DNA of 64,000 nt from the NCBI GenBank assembly GCA_965198225.1, contig CBDAOY010000007.1, forward strand, positions 862,045 to 926,044, read 5' to 3'. Under the pieces are notes generated by a model. It had not been told where the DNA came from. It was given only the letters and a program-made list of their open reading frames with translations, and ran no database searches. Both the position numbers and the translations under genes were made by a program. This document shows, piece by piece, positions 57,920 through 64,000 of this stretch (positions are counted from its first letter, which is position 1; each line of letters opens with the position of its first letter). Source of the DNA: Terriglobia bacterium. Its GTDB lineage: Bacteria; Acidobacteriota; Terriglobia; 20CM-2-55-15.

Positions 57920-59299
57920 GTGAGTGTGAGCAAAGCGAAACAGCAGGAGTCGTTCGGTCCGAAGCCCAGCATCCTCATCGTCGATGACGATAAGTCGATC
58001 TGCAAGATGATCGCCTCGTTGCTCGACATGGAGGGGTACCCCCATCGGATCGTCACCCGAGGCGAGGAAGCGCTCGAGGCCATCCGCGACGAAGCCTACC
58101 GCATCGTCGTCAGCGACATCTACATGGGGGATGTGTCCGGTCTCGACGTTCTCGAAACGGTTCGACAGACATGTCCGGAATCGGAAGTCGTCATCATGAC
58201 GGCCCACGGTTCGGTCGAGACTGCGGTTCAGGCGGTCCGAAACGGCGCCTTCGACTACATCAGTAAGCCTTTCGCTGTCGAAGAGATTCTGGGCACCATC
58301 CACAGGATCGAGGAGAAGGAGCGTCTGCTCGAGACCTCCATCGTCGGCTCTGAACTGGCAGAGTCTCTACCGAATACTGACATCGTCGGGACGAGTCCGC
58401 AGATGGTGGACATTTACAAGAAGGTTGCGCGGGTTGCGTCGATCGACGCGCCGGTGCTCATTTTCGGGGAGAGCGGAGCAGGGAAGGAGCTGATCGCCCG
58501 TGCGCTCCATCTGCATAGCAAGCGTGCCGCGGCTCCTTTTGTCGTCATCAACTGTGGTGCACTGACCGAAACCCTGCTCGAGAGCGAACTGTTCGGGCAC
58601 GAACGGGGATCCTTCACCGGGGCAGTTGGAACCCGGAAGGGTCTGTTCGAAAGCGCTGCCGGAGGCACCGTCCTGCTGGACGAAATCTCCGAGACGTCGC
58701 TGGGGTTTCAGGTCAAATTGCTGCGGGTCATCCAGGAACACGAGATCCGCCGCGTCGGCTCCAACGACACGATCGGCGTCGACATCCGCGCCGTGGCAGC
58801 CACGAACCGGGATCTGCGGGAAATGGTCCGTGGCGGTCAGTTCCGCGAGGACCTGTTTCACCGGCTGAACGTCTTCACGATCGCCGTCCCGCCAATGAGA
58901 GACCGGCCCGAGGACATACCGATGCTGACCAGTTACTACCTGAAGCAGTACAACGATCAGTACGGCAGGTCGGTTCGGTTGATGCCCGAAGCGCTGGAAG
59001 CCCTCAGAGGCTACGACTGGCCGGGCAATGTTCGGGAACTGAAGAATGTAGTTGAACGTGCTCTGACGTTCTGCGAAAACGGTGTGATACGGCAATCGGA
59101 TCTCGAATTGGGAGAAGACCCCGCCGAGCCGGAAAGTCCGTCGGGCGGGTCGCTGGAAGAGATGGAGCGGGACCACATCGTCCGGACCCTGCGGGAAACC
59201 GGTGGAAACAAGAAAAAAGCGGCCGAGATCCTCGGGATCGAGCGCCGGACGCTCTACAACAAGGCGAAACGCTTAGGCATTGATTTAAGAGGTGTTTAG
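57920..59299 (+). CDS. Sigma-54-dependent Fis-family response regulator (NtrC-like)
   Basis: REC domain (ILIVDDDKSI..), AAA+ sigma-54 activator core (GESGAGKELIARALH, GAFTGA-like ESELFGHERGSFTGA) and a C-terminal HTH (KKKAAEILGIERRTLYNKAKR). Confidence 0.9.
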   Translation: MSVSKAKQQESFGPKPSILIVDDDKSICKMIASLLDMEGYPHRIVTRGEEALEAIRDEAYRIVVSDIYMGDVSGLDVLETVRQTCPESEVVIMTAHGSVETAVQAVRNGAFDYISKPFAVEEILGTIHRIEEKERLLETSIVGSELAESLPNTDIVGTSPQMVDIYKKVARVASIDAPVLIFGESGAGKELIARALHLHSKRAAAPFVVINCGALTETLLESELFGHERGSFTGAVGTRKGLFESAAGGTVLLDEISETSLGFQVKLLRVIQEHEIRRVGSNDTIGVDIRAVAATNRDLREMVRGGQFREDLFHRLNVFTIAVPPMRDRPEDIPMLTSYYLKQYNDQYGRSVRLMPEALEALRGYDWPGNVRELKNVVERALTFCENGVIRQSDLELGEDPAEPESPSGGSLEEMERDHIVRTLRETGGNKKKAAEILGIERRTLYNKAKRLGIDLRGV

Positions 59300-59369
59300 G
59301 GTTAAGATCCGCGGGGTAGGGGCAGTGTGCCCCGAAGACGGTTTTCCACCTCCCTGGGGGTGGTGAACG

Positions 59370-59969
59370 ATGAAGAAGAGAAGCGCCATCTCGGTCGGGA
59401 CTTTGACCCTTTTGCTGGGCCTGTCCGTGGCTGTATTTGCTGCGGATGACCTTCAGGAATTCGACCAGCGCATCCTGCGCGTGGTTGAACGACTGGACAC
59501 GGACGTCGCGACGGATCGCGGCTTGGCTCCGGTTTTTGCCGAGTTGATGCGCAACGAGTACGGTACGTCGCAGGCGGAACTGCGGTGGGCCCTTGAGCAG
59601 GAGATTTCCTGGGGCCGAATCGCGATTCTTGCCTACGTTCAGGCGACCACGGGGCGCTCGTTCCAAACGCTGGCGTCGGATGGCGCCGATGTCGATGTAG
59701 CCGGGTTTGTGGCGACGGCGGAAATGAGTCCGGACAAGATGATCGGCTCTCTCGAGGGCTTCCTGAAGCTCGCCGAGCGGGAGCGCAACTCGATGATCTT
59801 CGACAGACTCCGAACTGCTCGCCGCATTCAGGTGCTGCCCGACCTGGGGAGCGGGTTCGGCCTATTCCAGGAGGCCCTGGATTTCCGGCGGCTCGAGCCT
59901 CCTCGGCCCACCAAGATTCACGGTGGGACGACCGGTCTGGCAAAGGGTGGGAACAGAGGAAACAAATGA
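59370..59969 (+). CDS. Secreted hypothetical protein
   Basis: 199 aa with a signal peptide (LLLGLSVAVFAADD). No recognisable domain. Confidence 0.45.
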   Translation: MKKRSAISVGTLTLLLGLSVAVFAADDLQEFDQRILRVVERLDTDVATDRGLAPVFAELMRNEYGTSQAELRWALEQEISWGRIAILAYVQATTGRSFQTLASDGADVDVAGFVATAEMSPDKMIGSLEGFLKLAERERNSMIFDRLRTARRIQVLPDLGSGFGLFQEALDFRRLEPPRPTKIHGGTTGLAKGGNRGNK

Positions 59970-60736
59970 GGAAATACTTATTCATAGTGGCTTTGGCTCT
60001 TGTGCCATCCGTGGCGCTGGCACAAGGCCCTGTTCAGGTCACATCGAGCCATGGACCCGTCGAGTATGAGTTCGCCTCCGGCGCCAGGCTCCTTCCGGTC
60101 GATTCAAAGCTGCCGTCGCTGGACATCGGTGACAAGATCCGCACCGGCGCAGGTGCGCAACTGACGCTGGGCCTTCCAGACGGCTCCTACATAGTGGTCT
60201 CGGAGAACACGACGCTGGAAATCGAGAAGTTTTGGGGCTCGGAAGTCCGGAACCTGATGAAGGTGATGCTGGGGCGAGTGCGTTTCTTCATCCAGCGTCT
60301 CGGTGGGCGGCCGAACCCATATCGGGTCAATACGCCCACGGCCCTGATCGCCGTTCGCGGGACGACATTCGAAGTGATAGCGGGCCCGCTTTCGACCGAA
60401 GTGCGCTGCTTTGATGGCCGTGTGACCGTCGAGACCGCCGGTATGGCGGACCGCGAGGTGATCCTGGATGCCGGTCGAAAGACGATGGTGGTTACGGGCG
60501 AGTATCCGATGAGACCGGTCCAGATGGATGACATTTTTGGCGGTTCCCGGGTGCTGCGAGTCGTCAGGACAGACGGCGAAGCGGTGCCGGTTCTCGGGAC
60601 CCTTCCTTCGCTGGAGCGGGTTGCCCGGGACAACGACCGCCTCAATCGACAAATCGACCCGCTGGCTAATCCAGCCGGAGGAGCAGCCCTCGGCCAGCAG
60701 ATCCGGCGCGGCAAGCTGACTTTCCCTAAGAGATAG
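59966..60736 (+). CDS. FecR-domain secreted protein
   Basis: Signal peptide, then FecR-like motifs (LTLGLPDGSYIVVSENTTLEI, RVNTPTALIAVRGTTFEV). Confidence 0.65.
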   Translation: MRKYLFIVALALVPSVALAQGPVQVTSSHGPVEYEFASGARLLPVDSKLPSLDIGDKIRTGAGAQLTLGLPDGSYIVVSENTTLEIEKFWGSEVRNLMKVMLGRVRFFIQRLGGRPNPYRVNTPTALIAVRGTTFEVIAGPLSTEVRCFDGRVTVETAGMADREVILDAGRKTMVVTGEYPMRPVQMDDIFGGSRVLRVVRTDGEAVPVLGTLPSLERVARDNDRLNRQIDPLANPAGGAALGQQIRRGKLTFPKR

Positions 60737-60827
60737 AACGCACAGTAGAAGACCTGTTAAAGAGGGTGCTCATCGAGCACCCTTTTCTATTGGATAGACC
60801 TGCGACCATGACGGACATCCAGATCTC

Positions 60828-61682
60828 ATGAGTCTCAAACGGTATCTCGACGGTTTTCTCGATTCGTTCCCGAAGGAACGCCACGTCGAAATGGATCCGG
60901 TGCAGTTCGTCCACCGTTACTCGGATCCTGCGGACCGGGAAGTCGTCGGCTTCGTCGCTGCGGCGTTTTCCTACGGAAACGTGAAGAGCGTACTCCGGAG
61001 CGTCGAGCATGTGGTCGCGCGGTTGGGCGAACATCCGGCTCGGTTCATCGCCTCGTTCGATCCGCGGCGGGATGCCCGGGTGTTCCGGGGATTCTACCAC
61101 CGGTGGAATACGGACAAGGATGTCGCGGTCCTGCTTTGGATCCTGGGTCGGATGATCGGGCAGTATGGGTCGTTGGAGGCTGCCATCGCCGGCGGGTTCG
61201 ACCCGCGAAACGGATCGGTCGAAGCGGCGCTCGAACGATTCTCTTTGCAGGCGCTCAGTTTCGGGCACGAGCAGTTTTATTCCGGTGCCGAGCGACGCCG
61301 CCGTCGGGGCGTGCTTTATTTCTTCCCGAAGGTTTCGGGCGGGAGTGCCTGCAAGCGCCTCAACCTGTTCATGCGATGGATGGTGCGACCTGAAGACGGG
61401 GTCGATTGTGGAGTCTGGGATCGCATTCGGCCCAGTTCTCTGGTGATCCCGCTCGACACGCACATCAGCAGAATCTCTCAATACATCGGCCTGACCGAGA
61501 TGCGGACGCCGGGGTGGAGGATGGCCGTCGACGTCACCGAGTCCCTGCGAAAGCTGGATCCGGCCGACCCGCTACGCTACGATTTTGCTCTCTGTCATCT
61601 GGGAATTGCCGGCGATTGCCCCCGCCGGAGGGACTTTGAAAAGTGTGTCCGATGCCCCATTCAGCAGGTTTGCCGACTCTAA
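60828..61682 (+). CDS. DUF2400 (TIGR02757) family protein
   Basis: 284 aa with conserved family features, including the C-terminal Cys cluster (CHLGIAGDCPRRRDFEKCVRCP). Confidence 0.55.
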   Translation: MSLKRYLDGFLDSFPKERHVEMDPVQFVHRYSDPADREVVGFVAAAFSYGNVKSVLRSVEHVVARLGEHPARFIASFDPRRDARVFRGFYHRWNTDKDVAVLLWILGRMIGQYGSLEAAIAGGFDPRNGSVEAALERFSLQALSFGHEQFYSGAERRRRRGVLYFFPKVSGGSACKRLNLFMRWMVRPEDGVDCGVWDRIRPSSLVIPLDTHISRISQYIGLTEMRTPGWRMAVDVTESLRKLDPADPLRYDFALCHLGIAGDCPRRRDFEKCVRCPIQQVCRL

Positions 61683-61806
61683 TCGGCTATCGCCTGAGAG
61701 TCCCTCAAAGAAAACCCCATTTTTATGTATTTTTTTCCTTGCAATAAGTTTGACCAAGAACAAGAATGCCCCAAGTCGCGGTTAACCCAAGGAAGGGAGA
61801 CGAGAC

Positions 61807-63213
61807 ATGACCAAGGATGGTGCGACACTAGCAGTAGACCCCTCTAGCCTGATCGGCAACCTTTTCGCTTTACTTCCGATCCCTGTAGCTGTGGTGGACG
61901 TGCGTGGCGAGATCGTGATGTCGAACTCGACATTCAACGATTTTTTTCCGGAGACGAAGAACATCAACCGCCTGCCGCGGTATGAGGTTCAAGTGGAAGG
62001 ACGCGCCACGTTCGATTTCGACACGGTGCCACTGACGGACCAGGGACTGTCGATCTTTATCGGGCGGGAAACGACGAGCGAGAGACAGCTCCGGCATCAG
62101 CTGGTGCACATGGAAAAAATGGGCGCCATCGGCCGACTCGTGACCGGTGTCGCCCACGAACTGAACAACCCGCTGGCCGGCATCGTCTGCTACGCACAAC
62201 TCCTGTCGCGGGGGGATCTGGACCCATCCGCCATTCGCATGGTGGAGGTTCTCCGCGCTCAGGCCGAACGTGCCGGCAAGATCGTCCAGAATTTTCTGAG
62301 CCTGGCCACCAAGACCGAACCGGAAAGGCGTCCTTTCGCCCTGAACGGGCTGATCAAGAATGTCCTGTCACTGCGCGAGTACGATCACAGCGTTCGCGAC
62401 ATCGTCGTTTCATCGGAGCTTTCGCCCGATCTACCGAACGCGGCCGGAGACAGCGGCCAGATCGAGCAAGTCCTCCTGAACCTGATCGTCAACGCCGAGG
62501 AGGCCGTACAGGAATTGCATGATCGCGTGCCGGAGATTCAGGTTCGAACCGAGGCGTTGGGCAACAAGATCCGGCTGGAAGTTACAGATAACGGGAGCGG
62601 TATCCATTCCCGGGACATGAACCGGATTTTCGACCCGTTCTTTACGACCAAGAATTCTGCTGACGGCGGCGGCGGAACCGGTTTGGGTTTGAACATCTGC
62701 GCCGAAATCGTGAAGGATCACGGTGGCGAGCTCTACGCCTGGAGCAACCACGGTGCCGGTTCGACCTTTACGATGGAACTCCCCGTGGAACCGGCAGAGA
62801 TACACGTCGAGGCTCCACCTGAGCGAAGCAACGCCGGGGCACTGGTTCGCGGCAAGTCGATCATGGTGATCGATGACGAGGTCACGATCACGGAACTGAT
62901 CGACGATCTTCTCAGTCGCTATGGCGCGAAGGTCGATTTCTTCAACTGCGGTGCTCAGGCCTTCGACCATCTTTGCGTCAAATCTTACGATGCGATCGTC
63001 TGCGACCAGCGGATGCCCGGCGTGAACGGGCAGAGCCTGTATCGCATGGTCGAATCGCTAGATCCGGAGATGGCACGTCGTTTCCTTTTCGTAACGGGCG
63101 ACGTCCTCAACGATCGAACGAAACAGTTCTTCGCTCAGACAGGCGCGCGCTACCTGCGGAAGCCGTTCCGGCTCGATGATCTTCTGCGTGCCATCGAAGG
63201 AGTGCTGAAATAG
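61807..63213 (+). CDS. Hybrid sensor histidine kinase (HisKA-HATPase-REC)
   Basis: HisKA H-box (AHELNNPLAGIV), HATPase G-boxes (GTGLGLNICAEIV) and a C-terminal receiver domain (MVIDDEVTITELI..CDQRMPGVNG). Confidence 0.85.
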   Translation: MTKDGATLAVDPSSLIGNLFALLPIPVAVVDVRGEIVMSNSTFNDFFPETKNINRLPRYEVQVEGRATFDFDTVPLTDQGLSIFIGRETTSERQLRHQLVHMEKMGAIGRLVTGVAHELNNPLAGIVCYAQLLSRGDLDPSAIRMVEVLRAQAERAGKIVQNFLSLATKTEPERRPFALNGLIKNVLSLREYDHSVRDIVVSSELSPDLPNAAGDSGQIEQVLLNLIVNAEEAVQELHDRVPEIQVRTEALGNKIRLEVTDNGSGIHSRDMNRIFDPFFTTKNSADGGGGTGLGLNICAEIVKDHGGELYAWSNHGAGSTFTMELPVEPAEIHVEAPPERSNAGALVRGKSIMVIDDEVTITELIDDLLSRYGAKVDFFNCGAQAFDHLCVKSYDAIVCDQRMPGVNGQSLYRMVESLDPEMARRFLFVTGDVLNDRTKQFFAQTGARYLRKPFRLDDLLRAIEGVLK

Positions 63214-63641
63214 AACAAAGAGTGTGAGAGCAACAACCTGTGCAACGAGAACTGAGCGGGCCGGAGGCGACGAGAGCGTCACGGCCCGATTTCTTTTTTG
63301 GCTCTTCCGGAAACTTATTGGGTCTAATCGCAAAATCGCGATATTTGAACAATCCACATTGCAGGTTGCTCATTGGACATTGCTTCATTTGAAATCGGAG
63401 GAGGTCGCCGTCCTGAGTAGGAATTGCGCAGAGGTGCCTACACCGGCTCTCTCGGAAAACCGCGAACTCTGCTGGATCATCGCGGCGTCCGTCAAAACCT
63501 CTCGAAGCTCCGACCAATGACAAATCGAGCAATCTCCAATCTCCAATTTCGAATGCGGATTTGTCCATTAACCAATTTGCGATAGATTCCTTCTTTTCAA
63601 CCCACACCCAGTCGAAAATCGGAATTCCTTTTTTGAGGGCG

Positions 63642-64000
63642 TCACTCCCTGGAGACCCTGTTGCGCAGCGTTCCGACCCCTTCCAGGTCGATTTCGACGA
63701 CGTCTCCCGGCTTCATGAACACCGGGGGTTTTCTGGTGAAGCCGACGCCCGCCGGGGTGCCTGTCGCGATCACGTCGCCCGGCTCCAGCGTGAGGACACG
63801 TGAAGCATAAGAGACGAGTTCGGGCACTTTGAAGATGAGGTTCCGCGTGTTGGATTCCTGCATCGTTACGCCATTCAGGCGGAGGGCAATGGCCAGTCCG
63901 TCCCCGTCCGCCAGATCGCTGGTGGTCACCACGCAGGGCCCGATAGGGGCGAATGTGTCGAAGGTCTTCCCACGAATCCACTGGTTGTCGGAAAACTGAA
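63642..64000 (-). CDS. Fumarylacetoacetate-hydrolase (FAH) family protein, partial (5' end beyond the window)
   Basis: The C-terminus ..GDVIATGTPAGVGFTRKPPVFMKPGDVVEIDLEGVGTLRNRV is the conserved FAH-fold tail. The frame remains open to the window edge. Confidence 0.7.
   Translation of the reverse strand, partial: QFSDNQWIRGKTFDTFAPIGPCVVTTSDLADGDGLAIALRLNGVTMQESNTRNLIFKVPELVSYASRVLTLEPGDVIATGTPAGVGFTRKPPVFMKPGDVVEIDLEGVGTLRNRVSRE

Overview
This is a high-GC (about 62-66%) bacterial chromosomal window, probably from a soil-type Gram-negative organism. It has many secreted, Tat and lipoprotein-signal proteins, and a sigma-54 regulator. Phylum cannot be assigned from sequence alone. The first ~40 kb is mostly ordinary gene content: an intradiol dioxygenase, a CzcA/CusA-CzcB type RND heavy-metal efflux pair, an EAL-HDOD protein, a ferredoxin-type sulfite/nitrite reductase, a YjbQ-family protein, protein-L-isoaspartate O-methyltransferase, an amidase/hydantoinase-A/hydantoinase-B/amidohydrolase/MFS catabolic cluster, a DUF5916 protein, gamma-glutamyltransferase and VOC-family proteins. 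This part is peppered with at least four families of small inverted-repeat (MITE/REP-like) elements and one IS1182-like insertion sequence. The segment from ~40 to ~55 kb is a mobile-element and gene-remnant hotspot. It contains an integron-integrase-like (IntI/XerD-type) C-terminal remnant, four copies of a ~104-bp two-hairpin repeat that sit exactly where genes are truncated (intI, serC, a PD40 beta-propeller gene), an IS6 element, two different IS21 elements (one inserted into a pseudopilin gene) and an IS91-family transposase remnant. The same segment encodes a DUF899/TauD pair, a secreted caspase-family (peptidase C14) protein with an internally duplicated N-terminal domain, and, next to it, a release-factor-2-like protein that keeps the PCRF/SPF-like region but lacks the GGQ hydrolysis segment. 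I consider that GGQ-less release-factor paralog the most unusual protein here. The last ~9 kb encodes a CHASE2 sensor kinase plus a sigma-54 (NtrC-type) response regulator flanked by a conserved perfect palindrome, secreted/FecR-domain proteins, a DUF2400 protein, a hybrid histidine kinase and a partial FAH-family hydrolase. Several otherwise intact genes carry apparent single-nucleotide frameshifts or degenerate tandem duplications (sulfite reductase, hyuB, an alpha/beta hydrolase, the caspase gene). I cannot tell genuine gene decay from assembly or sequencing indels without read-level data. No rRNA, tRNA or CRISPR array was recognised.
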